Part shown: piece after piece, positions 37,944 to 62,089 of the stretch
Layout: each line of letters opens with the position of its first letter
Position numbering within the stretch: position 1 is the first letter of the stretch
DNA from: Camelus dromedarius
Taxonomy: Eukaryota
Direction of reading: 5' to 3'
Assembly (NCBI RefSeq): GCF_036321535.1
Contig: NC_087446.1
Coordinates: forward strand, 8,370,001-8,434,000
Length of the DNA stretch: 64,000 bases
Made by a program: the position numbers and the translations under genes
The notes under the pieces: model-generated
The model's input: only the letters and a program-made list of their open reading frames with translations
Databases searched by the model: none
Told to the model about the DNA's origin: nothing

Positions 37944-38527
37944 TTAAAAAAGTAGGCTAAACAGGAAAGTAGCACAAAAATATAGTGTTGCTGTGGAAGG
38001 CTGGTGCTTGCTGCTAAGACGCTGAAGCCAGAGGAGGTTGTGGATTCTGGGAACAGTATTCTTCACAGGAGGGAGGGAGTGGACTGAAGGGCAGACAACC
38101 AGGAGAGCCTCTCATCTGAGACCCCCTTGCAGCAGGGCTCCGTACAACTGGTGACACACCCCAAACACCAACGTGAGGGGGGATATGATAAACTCCTGCT
38201 TCTCCCAACAGAGTCTGTCCAATGAGGGTGAGCCTGGGCCACGTGTGTGTGTATGTTAAGTGCCAGGAGAGTACCCAAAGGCTTCCCATCACCCCAGACC
38301 TCCCTGTGCCGTGAAGCACTGGACTGGCCTGGAATCCTGGTTTCCTCTGGAATGCTGTCACCTTCCTACTGCCAACCCAAGGTGGGCAGTGCCTTTTGGC
38401 CCCATTATATGATACTCTCTCCCAGGACCTAATTTACTAGTTTGACTAAAATAAATCCCTCAGCCACGTCCTCTTCTTCTGATCAATGGGTTTCCCCCTA
38501 TTCTCCTGACAGATGTCTTTGGGGTCT

Positions 38528-38608
38528 TCATTTTCTCCGCCGGCTGACACTCCTCAGTTCATCCAATTCCTTCTCCATTAAGTGGGATTCGGCAGTGGTC
38601 TCAGAAAG
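38528..38608 (-). CDS. CBY1: CBY1 last coding exon
   Basis: tacttccag acceptor; TGA stop at 38530-38528. Confidence 0.95.
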   Translation of the reverse strand, partial: LSETTAESHLMEKELDELRSVSRRRK

Positions 38609-41155
38609 CTGGAAGTAAAGCAGCAAACCGTTATGAAGAAGGGTGTCCTGGGCTGTTTGAGGCTGGCGAGGCCAGCCTCTAGCGCTGGGAAAGGCCCCCA
38701 GGCACTTCTCTAACGCTGCCGGCAGCTCCCACGGCAGGAACCCCTTTGTAACTGGGCAGAGAGTAACTTTCTGATGACCCAGGTCCTTGAGTACTTGAAG
38801 AATATTCATGATCCACTCTATCAACATTTTTGATCACCTAGGATTGTGTGGCACTCACTGTGTGAAGGACACTGGCCTCAAGTGATGAAAAAGGCAGATA
38901 CTGGTGATTTTAAGGCTAAAGGATTAGGGTCCAAGTTGCTTCTGAGCTGTGGCTCACATAATGGTGATGAGCGGGGAAAATGCTTGAAAAAGAATGCCAC
39001 TTTCCTCATCAGGATCTTTCAGCGGACTTCAGAGTAGAGGGCGGAAGACATTCCAGAGAGAGACAGACAGATATAAACTCTAGAGGTCAGCTTACTGGAA
39101 AATAAAAGAGCTACACTTCCTGAGCAACACACTTTTCCAAGAGCTTCACTTGTATTATTAACTCACGAATGAGATAGATCCTACTATCATGTTCATTTTA
39201 CTGTTGAAGAAACTAAGTTTCTTTACACAGGTAGCTAAGTAACTTGCCTAAAGTCACACAGCCAGTGGAGGAGCTGGGCAATGGACCCAGGCCTTTTAGC
39301 CCCATACATGTGCTCTTAACCACTACACTGTATGCACTCCTGACTCAATCAACCCTCACATACACCTCTAGGCCAAACAGGCTGCTGGCTTTTTAAATCC
39401 GCAAGAAACCGACGCCAATGCAGAGAGCGGCCCTCCGCAGGTCTGCGCCGGGCACTGACTGACAGCTGCTGGGTGCGGGACCTCTCCCAGCCAGGAGCAG
39501 GCTGTCCTTCTTCCTGAATGTCTTCATCCTAGTCTCCATTCCTACCTTTATCTTTCCACATTCAGCTCAAACTTCCCTTCCCTGTGATGTCTTCCCGACA
39601 CAACAGAATGACTTCATCTCTGTCATGTGCAGACTGCCCTTACAAGGAGACACTGTTATGTGTGTTGTCCATCTCCCCACTAGATTGTAAGGCCCTGAGG
39701 GTAGGGACTGTGTCTAATTTGGTTTTGTATCTTTGGATTCACAGCATTGTACCTGGGCAAAAGCAATCAAGAGGCATGAGCTGGCTGAAATGACTCGCGT
39801 GAACCTCCCTAAGAGAAGCTGAGGCATCTCTGCCCATCACCTGCCTCACCATGTCCAGCAGGATGTCCACCTTCAGCCGCAAGAGATTGTTTTCTTCCTC
39901 CAACTGCTGGTTCCGTCTCCGGAGGCGCTGAGCCTCCCTCCGGTCCACACCCCCACTAATCCCTGTCTCTGGTGGAAGGATAGAACCAGCAGTTACAAGG
40001 GGTGTTTCCTCCCACAATATTGTTGGACAAAATGGCAGGAAATGCAGCCCACCTGCTATCCACTGGCCGTTTTCAAACTTCAGGCTTTGCCCCGCCAGGT
40101 TCATGGTGGGGGTTCCGTAGTCAAGACCCAGCTCCACCTCCCGGGTTGACCGATCCAGCTGTGGGTGAGATGCTCATGCTGCCTTCAGGGGGCCGAAGCA
40201 CACGGGCTCCAGGCCCAGTGCCTCTTCTGCTAACTGTGTGACCCCAACAACTCATTTCTTTTCTCTAATCATTACCTGGCACATTTAATACATTTATTTT
40301 AAGTCAGAAAATCAAATAAGGTAGTAATAAAACCTTTTAAAGTATAAGAGAAAAGAAACATGCTGCTTTATACAATAGATATTTTCTGGAAAAGCTATAT
40401 ACGCTGAAATTGGTAAACTGAATTATTTCACATGTAGTGGGCACTTAGCAATTTAAGAAATCCTACTGTAAAGTTTTAATAAAGTGAAAAATCCTTTTTA
40501 AACGTAATAAGCCTGAGCTATCATTTGCTTACTATGGAGCTACACATCATGGAAGAGGCGGGAAATGCTAATGCCCAACTAGTAGTACTTACTAGCGGTT
40601 GTTTAATGTGCCAGTGTTTCTACACCCAATGAGCACCTGCCCTGTGCCAGGACGGGTACTGGACATTCGGAAACGAACGCAACCCCTCTGCCCTTGAAGA
40701 GCTCGAAAACTGCCTTTGGAGCTGCGACATATCCTTCTAATGTTGGCAAAATATCACCCTTTGAGAATGGATTTGACTCTCAGACATGACTAAAGTTGAT
40801 TCCTGGCCAAGTCTTGGGAATAAAGTGAAGTCAAACTAGATAATATCACTGGGACCCAAAAATCTTAATGAGACTGACTGTCTTTGAAGCTTCTTGAACA
40901 AACTCTGACAGTAATTCCCAAATAGGAGTTAAAAATGTTTTCAGTAATAGCAATAACATGAATTAAAAGGATGCCCTCCCACAAGGATGCCTCTGGAGGA
41001 CCACACTTTCCATAAGGGACCAGGCTTGATGCTCCAGTCACACTGCATGCCGGGCTGAGCCCCGGGCTGACACTCACATTATGCAGGTTGGAGAGAGAAG
41101 CCGACTTCCGAGGGGGCGTCTTCTTCGGACTGAATGTATTCCCAAAGAGAGGCAT
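38528..41155 (-). CDS. CBY1: Protein chibby homolog 1 (beta-catenin antagonist, basal-body protein), 127 aa: join 41078-41155, 40053-40158, 39850-39968, 38528-38608
   Basis: MPLFGNTFSPKKTPPRKSASLSNLHN / LDRSTREVELGLDYGTPTMNLAGQSLKFENGQWIA / ETGISGGVDRREAQRLRRRNQQLEEENNLLRLKVDILLDM / LSETTAESHLMEKELDELRSVSRRRK*; 78+106+119+81=384 nt, all GT-AG. Confidence 0.97.
39850..39968 (-). CDS. CBY1: CBY1 coding exon 3 (coiled coil)
   Basis: 119 nt; cag acceptor and gtgagg donor. Confidence 0.95.
40053..40158 (-). CDS. CBY1: CBY1 coding exon 2
   Basis: 106 nt; cacag acceptor and gtgggc donor. Confidence 0.95.
41078..41155 (-). CDS. CBY1: CBY1 first coding exon (exon probably starts at 41193, giving 38 nt of UTR)
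   Basis: ATG at 41155; AAT|gtgagt donor; upstream acceptor ttttctgaccctag. Confidence 0.95.
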
Positions 41156-41980
41156 CTCTGACCTGATGAAAGAAAGGTCAATGCTCCTTTCTCCTAGGGT
41201 CAGAAAAAGTCAGGGGTACAACGAGTTGGGTGAGTGACCTTCTGCCACTGTCCCTGAATCAAGAAAACACACATCTTATCATGTGGCCGTTAATTCTCGT
41301 GACAGCTCCCACATGCTGAATGCTCACTATGTGCCAGGCAGCATGCCACAGCCTTTGCAACATCTCAGCTCTCACACTGCCCTTTAACTCCTCTTACACC
41401 CATCTGACAGATGAGGTTTAGAAAGACTAAGGTCCTAAGTGGGAGCTAGAATTTGAACACAGGTCTCTGTGGCTCTACAGTTTGTTAACTCCAGGCAAGT
41501 GCCTAACTTGCCTGTCTTAAGTTTTGTCACAAACTGGCATCACCAGATTACAGTCCATAGCAAGGTATACAATCCCACTTATTCCTGGACACTGGTAAGA
41601 CTCACTTCTGGGGCAACAGCTTCTACATAACCTCCATTTTAAAGAAATGGAGCTATAGCTATCCTTCACTTTCAGCTTGGTAACAGTGCCCCTCACTCAG
41701 TCTATGTCAGAAAGTTACCTGTCTTATATGGTAGGGGAGGTGACTGGTGGGAGGAGGCCCACAACATGGCAGAACTGACAATGGCAGCCAGAAGTCTGCC
41801 TTCAGCACACTGTAACCTACTGCAATTCACACAGGCCCAGTTAAGTCGATTTACTGACACTGCCCACAGGGGGAGTGGGGGTGGAGAAGAAGCAGTGGGG
41901 TGGAGAAGTGTATTTATGTATCACATAAATATAGAAAAGAATACAAATCACAAGTGTCGGTCTTCATGAGTTTTCACCAT

Positions 41981-42014
41981 ACACACACACACACACACAC
42001 AGACACACACACAC
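41981..42014. repeat. (CA)n microsatellite
   Basis: Directly visible, with one interruption. Confidence 0.95.
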
Positions 42015-43030
42015 GTGTAGCCACTCGCCAGATCAAGAGACAAGACATTTTATCACCCACAGGCCTAGCCCAACAGCTTTATATCCATGGACTTGGACAG
42101 CATGTCTTCCTTTGTGTCTGTATTTTTCACTCAATATCACGTTGTGAAATTTGTTGTATGCAGTTGTAGTTGGTTTGTTCCCATTGCAGTAAAATATTCT
42201 ACTGCATGAAGTGGATGCTTGGACTGTTTTCAGTTTTTGTCTATTAAAAACAGTGCTGCTAAGAACATGCTTGGACATGTATTTCTGCATATATAAGCAT
42301 ACTTCTCTAGTTCTATACCAAGAGTGGAACTGCTGAGTCATAGAGCATTCATATATTCAGCTTTAGCAGATACTGGGAATAGTTTTCCAAAGTGGCTGTA
42401 CCAATCCATACCCCTACCAACAGTGTATGAGAGATCCTTGTAAACATCTGGCATCTTCTGTTTCATTTTATCCATTCTAGTAGGTATGCAGTGGTATTGC
42501 ATTGTTTTTAATTTGCTTTTCTCCAACAACTAATTAAATGCAGCATCTTTTCATGTACTCATTGGACATTTGCAAACCCTCTTTCATGACATGCTCGTAC
42601 AAGTCTTTTGCCATTTTTCTATTGGATTGTCAATTATTTTCCTCTTAATTTGTAAAGGTTCTCAATATTTATTTCAATACATGTCCTGTGTTGTCTACAC
42701 AAAGAATGCTGAAATTGTCTTCTCCCAATCTGGGATTTTCCTTTTTGTTTTCTTTCTGGTTTCTTTCTGATTAAAGAAGTTCTTAATTTTAATGGGATCT
42801 AACCTATCAATTCTTTTACTGATAGTGATTTTGTGTCCTATTCAAGACACTCTTGCCTACTCTGAGGTCATATTTTTCATGTATTAACTTGGAGATTTTA
42901 TTCTTTCATCTTTTACATTTAGGGCTACAATTCATCTGGAATTAACTTTTATATGTGGTATGAGACAGGAGTCACAGTTCATTTCTTCCCATATATCACC
43001 CAATTTTAACATATAATACACAAATAGTTT
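42015..43030 (-). mobile_element. Old L1 fragment in CBY1 intron 1
   Basis: Degenerate L1 ORF2 3' end and 3' UTR in antisense (e.g. ttccaaagtggctgtaccaat, ttgccatttttctattggattg). Confidence 0.75.
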
Positions 43031-43418
43031 AAAAAGATTCCTTCTAAGAAACTGCAGACTGACAACGGCAGCAATGAAAGCACAGGTGAGCAAAGGAGAG
43101 CAGCAGAGCTTCGCTCTCACTTTTCCCACTCTGTGCTACAAAATCCTCCTTCACCATATTATGAGATAAAAACAGGAATGAGTTTATCATTTCTGACAAG
43201 CAGTTGGCCAAACAAGAGGGACCTTCTCAAGACTCTCTGAAACAAGGTTTTACATCAACTATCGTTAAAAGATAACTCATAGTAGGAATTCTTCACAATT
43301 AGTGAGATACATATTCAATGAGAACACGAGGAAAACTTCTGTGCCTTTTTCAGTGACACAGAAATTAGTTGCTAAAATTGATAAAAGTTTAGAAGCTTCT
43401 TTGGAAACTTTACAATAC

Positions 43419-43438
43419 ATATATATATATATATATAT
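43419..43438. repeat. (TA)n microsatellite
   Basis: Directly visible. Confidence 0.9.
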
Positions 43439-43495
43439 TTATAAATAACAACAACAAAAAAGATATTTCGGGTGTGTGCTCATGAGAGTTTTACT

Positions 43496-43496
<1 letters not shown>

Positions 43497-43537
<41 letters not shown>
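43497..43537. repeat. (TG)n microsatellite
   Basis: Directly visible. Confidence 0.95.
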
Positions 43538-43538
<1 letters not shown>

Positions 43539-45699
43539 TTAAAAACAGCAGAAGATCCACAACCTGGGAGAAGGTATTTGGGCTGGGACACAACACTTTA
43601 AGACTTGGACAAACCAGAATGCTTTCAGCTTGGTGGTGGACAGGACAGCAGTGGGGACCAGGATGTTGAGGGATTTTGAAGCTGTGCTACCATATCATCC
43701 AAAACACAGTGGAAGGCCCTGGCATTGTTTCTGCTGGAGAAAAGAAAAAGGGTGGAAGAGGGAAGACAATTAATCTTATGTTTACAGAGGGCAGAACAGG
43801 AATGAAACGACAATGTTCAGGAAGAAGGATTTTAACACAAAAAAGAAAAGGTCACAATAACAATAACTAACACTGTTTCCTGCATATCCACTATGGATTG
43901 GACCCAATGCTGAGTATACTTCATATATTTCTTCTGTTCCTTGCAGGAAGCCCACAAGGTAGTTATTTTCCTGTCCATAACAGAGAAGAGAAAACTAGAG
44001 CTTGGAGAAGTTATCCAGTTTTCCCAAGATCCATAGCCATGGTCAGCTGGCCAAAGATATATATTAAATTATCTTGGTATTAATAATTTGTGGAGTACAT
44101 CATACAAAGAAGCATTTTCATTTAACATGTTGGCAGAACTTAAGAGATCAACCATATCCAATGCTGATGAGGGTGTGGAGAAAAAGACACTTTCATCTAC
44201 TCTTGGTGGAAACATAAAATGCTATCATTTTTTCAACTAGGCAAAACCTAGCAAAATTTTTAATGTGTAAACTTTTTGGCCAGGAAATCTACTTGTAAAC
44301 ATTTCTGCTCCAGAAAGAATTGGACATGTGCACACAAATGCTCTCTATTGTTGATAACAGTGAAAAATAAGAAACAACCCAAAATGTCTACCAATGGTTG
44401 GTGTAGCCAAATACATTGTGGCACATTCTTACAAGGGACTACTAGATGGCAACTGAATTTCCCATTTTATAGGTTAAAAAGAAAAAGGCCAAATAGTGGC
44501 AATTTCATATCACAATATAAAATTATATTAAAGAAATATATTTCTGGATTTAATGAATTATTATGATACTCATGTACTACTTATGAAAAAATCAACCAAC
44601 CAAACAAAAAACCAAATAAAAAGCAGCCCCCTGCCCCTCTCAAGCATCTGGAGGCATTTGAGGAAGGAAAAATAAGCCAAGTTGTCCTTGCAAAGGCCAC
44701 AACTGTGCTAAGAACACTAAGCCTGAGCAGATCACCGGGACACAACAGACAAGTTCCAGGCCTGGCTCTGCTCCTCAACTGTCTGCTAAACCTTGGCCAA
44801 GTTATTTTATTTCTCCAGGTTTTAACCAGGGCACTTCACTCATGACCTCACTAATTCTCATAACACTTAAGCCAAGAACAGATATCAACATATTACAGAT
44901 GAGGGAAAGGAAGGGTCTGGCCTAGCTGCCTTTTAAGTCAGATCCACTACTCCCACAAACAGCTGAGGCCCTGGGGTCCTGGAACACTAATGAAGACCTA
45001 GAGGTCCCAGCTCCTCTTGGCCCAAGAAGCCTTCTTGCCAGTGAAGCTCCCTGGGGAGAGAGGGCTCAGCATAAAGGAAGTGAAGGGAGAGCATACGGGT
45101 TCCAACCACCGCCTGCTGCTCACTCCCAGCACTTACCTTCCCTCGGCCTCAGGCTTCTTTATTTATAATCAGCGATAAACAACAATAGTACCCACTCAGA
45201 GGATGTTCTGTGCTTTACCGTTTATTTAAAAAACTGTGGCATTTGATACAACAACCCTGTTAGAAGATCAAGTAGTTTGTTCCCGTCTACAGATCAGAAA
45301 ACTGAGGCTTAGAGAAGTTAAGTAACTTGCCTCCAATTACACCCTGGGAAAGTGGTGGAACTTGGCTTCAAATAGGGTCTACTCCTCTGCGCTAATAATA
45401 ATTTCATTACTGTGCAATGCTTCACAGTTTGCCATAAAGTACATTATATTATTTTAACCTAACAAGAAGGTGAGGAAGCAGTCTGTGGCTTTCATTTGAT
45501 TCTCAAAGAGATAACGCGTCCCCCAGAGTTCAGAGACTGCCAAGTACGCGTCACGCAGGTACACTGCCACCCAGGGCTGTCAACTCAACTAACGGTAGTG
45601 AACAAACGTTCATTCGCGCGCCCTCATTAATCACCTTCGTCGCTGACTTACGGGGTTAATCACCACCCCAATTTACAAACTAGGAAACACACTTCGAAA

Positions 45700-46560
45700 A
45701 GGGCGGTGACGGGCTTGCGGTGAACCCGGGGCTTGCGGTGAACCCAGTGCCCGCCCCCTGCTCCGCGCCCTCCGGCCGCTCCAGCTGTGGGGAGGCCCTG
45801 GGTCCCCTGGGGAACGCCCGGGCATCCTACCTCGCCTAGGGCCCTCGGGCCCTCGGACGACGCAAGGTTCGGAGACGTACCTGATGCGCCCCAGAAACCG
45901 GGTTCCAAGCTAACTCGCTGGCCAACCGCAAGGTGCCATCCAGGGCCGCGTTACCCACCACGACCGCGACAGCCGGCCACAGCCCACCAGCCCGCCGCGC
46001 TCAAGCGCATGCGCACGCGCAGCCCCGCCGGGCTCTACCACCGAGGGAGGTGGGGGTTCCCGGCGCGGCGCGGTCCCCAACGCGAGCCTACACGAAGCAC
46101 CAGAAACTCTTGAAGACGTACCTCGATATATTTAATAGACTCCATAAAGGCAGTGTCTTCTGGAGTCATTTTCACTCTCCATGCTATCGGCTAGGACGAG
46201 GAACAACACTCACCCCCTCCACAAACCCCTTGGTCTGGTCTCCCTGGCCGTCCAGGGCGGTCGCCGTGGTAACGGCGTCTGGCGGACGCGTGGAGGCTGC
46301 GACGCTTCCATTGTTGTAGGAAGGGTGGAGGTGTTGGCTGCGCCTCGCGTTGCCTGGAGAACTGAAGGACTCACAGCAGCAAAATGAGTCTCTCCCCAAA
46401 GCCCCTCCTTCCTCCTCCCCGGCCACAAAACAAAGGGCACCCCTTCCTGGTTGGGGGCAAAGGGTGTCGAGTGTCCCATCTAGAACTTTGCAGTGCCCCG
46501 TGAGGGACCCGAGGCGGAATCGGCCCCGAGTTCGTCGGATTCTGCAGATGTCTTCAGGTA
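45700..46560. promoter_or_regulatory. Bidirectional CpG-island promoter shared by CBY1 (-) and FAM227A (+)
   Basis: CpG-dense; minus-strand donors at 45881 and 46122; plus-strand donor CAG|gtaaga at 46557; NRF1-type GCGCATGCGC at 46005-46014; X-box-like GTCGCCGTGGTAAC at 46260-46273 and GTTGCCTGGAGAAC at 46349-46362. Confidence 0.8.
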
Positions 46561-46879
46561 AGACCAACGAATAGTGACCCCTCTCTGCTCTTCACGGTCG
46601 CACAGTGAGCCAGGGGCAGAGAACTACTCGAGAAATCAACTCCACATTTCCTAAAATCCTAACAGTGTGTATTATTGGTTCCATTTGATAAATGAAGAAA
46701 CTCAGAGTCATCTGGGGGCTATTTACTTGGTGCCTGGTGAGTGCACTAGGTCATGCATCCAACGAGGGGTCAGTACCCATGGGTCTCTGGCTCCAAGTGC
46801 AGTTTTCTTCCAATTGCACCTCACTTCATTGGAAAGGGAAGAGAGTTCCATGTTCTGGAACCAAACCACATGGTCTAAC

Positions 46880-47140
46880 ACAGCACAGTCCAATGGAAAC
46901 GTAATGTGGGCCAAATGTAATTTAGAATTTTCTGGTAGCCATTTTTTTAATTAAAAAAATCAGGTGATATTAATTTGAATATTTTACTTGACTCGTATGT
47001 CCCAAATATGATAATTTCAACATACAGTCAATATTTTAAAATTTATTCCTGCTTCAGTTTTTAAATTTTAATTCTTCAGTCACACCAGTCAGATTCCAAG
47101 GGCTCAATTGCCACACGTGGCTAGTGGCCACTGTGAGGCA
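46880..47140. mobile_element. hAT-Charlie MITE (MER33/MER3-like)
   Basis: cagcacagtccaatggaaac...gctcaattgccacacgtggctagtggcc. Confidence 0.65.
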
Positions 47141-49324
47141 CAGGTCTAGACTTTTCCTGTCTTTCTACTCTTGTGCCCCTCAGCTTGGATGGTATATCTC
47201 TTCCCCATTTATCTAATTAATTCCTGCTCGTTCTTCAAATCTTTACCACTTTGACTAGGTCAGTACCCACTGTTACATTGTCTCATAGCACTGTGTCCCC
47301 CTCCCCTTGAAGCAGTGATCCATTGTAATTCATCATTATGTATGTAATTGATTATCACATGTCACCCCTACTAGACATAAGCTTCCTTAGGCCAGGGATC
47401 AAGTCTGGTTTAATTCACCATCCTGTCCCCAGTAGGGACACTTGATGGCTGTGTGAGGCACTCTGTAAATAGTCATTGAATGACAGAAGGTTGACCTGAA
47501 CAAAAAGTCTGTCTGACTCCAAGGTCAGTATTGTTTTAACTTGTTTAACATGTTTAAGTTAAAACGTGTTAACTTTAAATCTCAGCTGCCAGAATATGTG
47601 CTCCATGAGGGCAAGACATTTCTTCCTCTTCCACTCATCTGCCGCTCGTCCACCGCACTGTGCTGGGCATGGGGTGGATATTCAGGGAAGTTAGTTTTCT
47701 CCCTCATCCTTTTTTCCTCCCCAAATAGTGACATAAAAACTTACCATGTTTCAGAGAATACTTAACCTAAAATGGTATGATGAAAAATTCAGAAGGGAAC
47801 GGAGTATTTTAAACATTTCTCTTAAGAAGCAGAATATTCAATTCTGTCATTAGACATAAGTAATAATGTTAACCTAAAGCAAGAGGCTTCTTAGCAGGGT
47901 CCTCCTAAGCCTGGCTTTTCAGAAAACGTGTTGTAGTTTTCCAGTCATGCTGAGGGATGGGTGAGAGGAAAGTGAGAAGCGCTAAAACGCACCTGCCTCC
48001 TCTTTACTCTCTTCCCATTGCTTGTGCGGCTAAAAGCTAAGAGCAGGGAGGGAGGAAGGAAATAGTACTGACCTGGGCGTGGGCCAGTCTTTCCTATGAT
48101 CCACCTGACTTGCGACAGCCCAAAATGGAGAGCCTCTTTGAACTAGAAAGAAGTGTGGTGAGTGAGTTAAAAATGGAATCAAAAATTGAGTGAGCCTGAT
48201 TCCTAGGGAGTACTTTGCTTAATGGAGAAAGATGTAGAAGCAAATAATTCTAGTTCAGTATTGTAAGTGCTGGAATAGAGAGTTGAAAGCAGAATCCTGG
48301 GCTTCACAGAGAAGGGGTGGTACCGGAGTAAATCAAGGTTTTCCAAAAGATATGTCACCTAGGCTGAGCACTGAATCAAGGGAACAGCATGTACAAGGGC
48401 TTAGACGCACAAAGAGCATAGTGTGGCAGGGACCAGGAGGAAGTTCATGGGGCAGGTATATAGGATGCCTGGCTAGGGAGAAGAGGGCCGAGCAGAAGGC
48501 ATGAACCAAAGAAGAGGAAAGGAGACTGGCGAAAGGGCACTTCCTTGGTTAATTTTCCCACCAAACTCTACCTTTTCTCTCTCTTTCCACATGTATAAGC
48601 TTCTTGAAGGTAGATCTGATCTTTTACTTCATTATAACCAGGCTTATACCACCAGGCTCTGGACACGGAGGATCCACAGATGGTGGTGATGAACTCCTTT
48701 TGCCCAATAAGCAAAGACCCAGGAGAGCAGTCTGGCCAGATTATTCCAAATCCAGGAGGAAGAGTAGTGATGGGGCCAGTTTTCTAAGAGGGAGCAGAAA
48801 GCCTCAGGTAGATCAGGAACCTCATGCTGACTAGATGGACCCAGTATCATAGAATTACAGCATCTGAGAGCTGAAAAGGGTCTTAGGGACCTAATCCAAA
48901 TCTCTGACTTTATTGGTGAGGCTCAGAGAAGCCAAGAGATTTGATTGGATTTCTAATTTGGAAACTGGCTTGCTGCATGGTTTGGAACCCCAGCCTTTTC
49001 AGCACTCTAGTCTCCTTATTTTTACAACTGGAATATTTAGGGGTTGAGGGGAGGGATCAGCAGATAGAAAGCAAAAAGTATATATGCCTCGAAGTCCTCA
49101 GTTAAGAATGAGCTTCTCAGACAAAAGCATTTATTCCTTGTGTCACATGCACCATGTGCCTTGCCATTAGCCTTGCTTACAAGATGAGCATGGTTGTGCT
49201 TTCTAAGACGATTCTGTGCTATTTGTGATTTCCAGGAGGCTGGAAGAGAGCAAGATCATAGTGAGGAATGAGAGGCTCTTAAAAGTGGAAACTTACCATT
49301 TGTCAGTTTACAAGGAACTGGACA

Positions 49325-61384
<12,060 letters not shown>

Positions 61385-61675
61385 TGAGCCATCCCTAGTC
61401 CCCTTTTGTGCTCCGCGGCGGCATCTGCAGGGAGCAGGTTTCAGTGCTGTAGGTAATCCCACACTTCCATCCCCGGTGCGACCCCAAGTGGCGCAACTGT
61501 AGTCCCCCTCTCCCTCCAGCACACACAGTGCCAGTTTGATGTTTGCTTTTCAGTCTCCTTCCCCACTTTCCCCAGCTCAAGCTAAACATTTTTTAAGGTC
61601 ATTAAAAGCAATATTTACTGAGAGGTACCTGTGTACGAGGTACTGTGCTAAGTAAGCACTTTTCACATTCCCCAC

Positions 61676-62085
61676 TGTGCTGAGGGTCTCCAAGATCACT
61701 CCCACATTAGGGGATTTGGTAGAACTCACAGGGCTCAGCTTATAGTTGAGTTTATGGCCAAGATTTGTTGTGATGTAGTAAGGAGACAGCCTTTACCACA
61801 TAAAGGGAAAGATAGGCAGTGTTTGGAGGATTCCTTGTGGTCTCTCCCTCCCGTGAGGGGTTATGCAGAGCCCCCTCCTGCTCTGCGGTGAACACGTAAC
61901 AACATTGTGTGATGTTTGTGCCCAGAAGCCCATTAGAGAAACAGCACCCAAGGTTTTTACTGGGGGCTGGTCATGTAGACCTTTCTGTCTGTCATGTTCC
62001 AAAATGCCAGGAAAGCGAGTGATCAGCATAAACTACATTGTTTTATAAACAGTCTTGGCACAGTGAGCCACTTTTGTCAGCTAGA
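61676..62085. mobile_element. MER21-like LTR fragment
   Basis: gagggtctccaagatcactccc...ctcacagggctcagcttatagt...cagcacccaaggtttttactgggggctggtcatgtag resembles the MER21 consensus. Confidence 0.6.
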
Positions 62086-62089
62086 GAAA

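Noticed and set aside
45711-45745. Short tandem duplications (gggcttgcggtgaaccc x2 here; also ctggagctaggg x2 near 31769 and ccccaggagaaa-ccctcct x2 near 3135)
   Set aside because: Two-copy slippage duplications with no spacer array or other structure; not CRISPR-like and no evident function.
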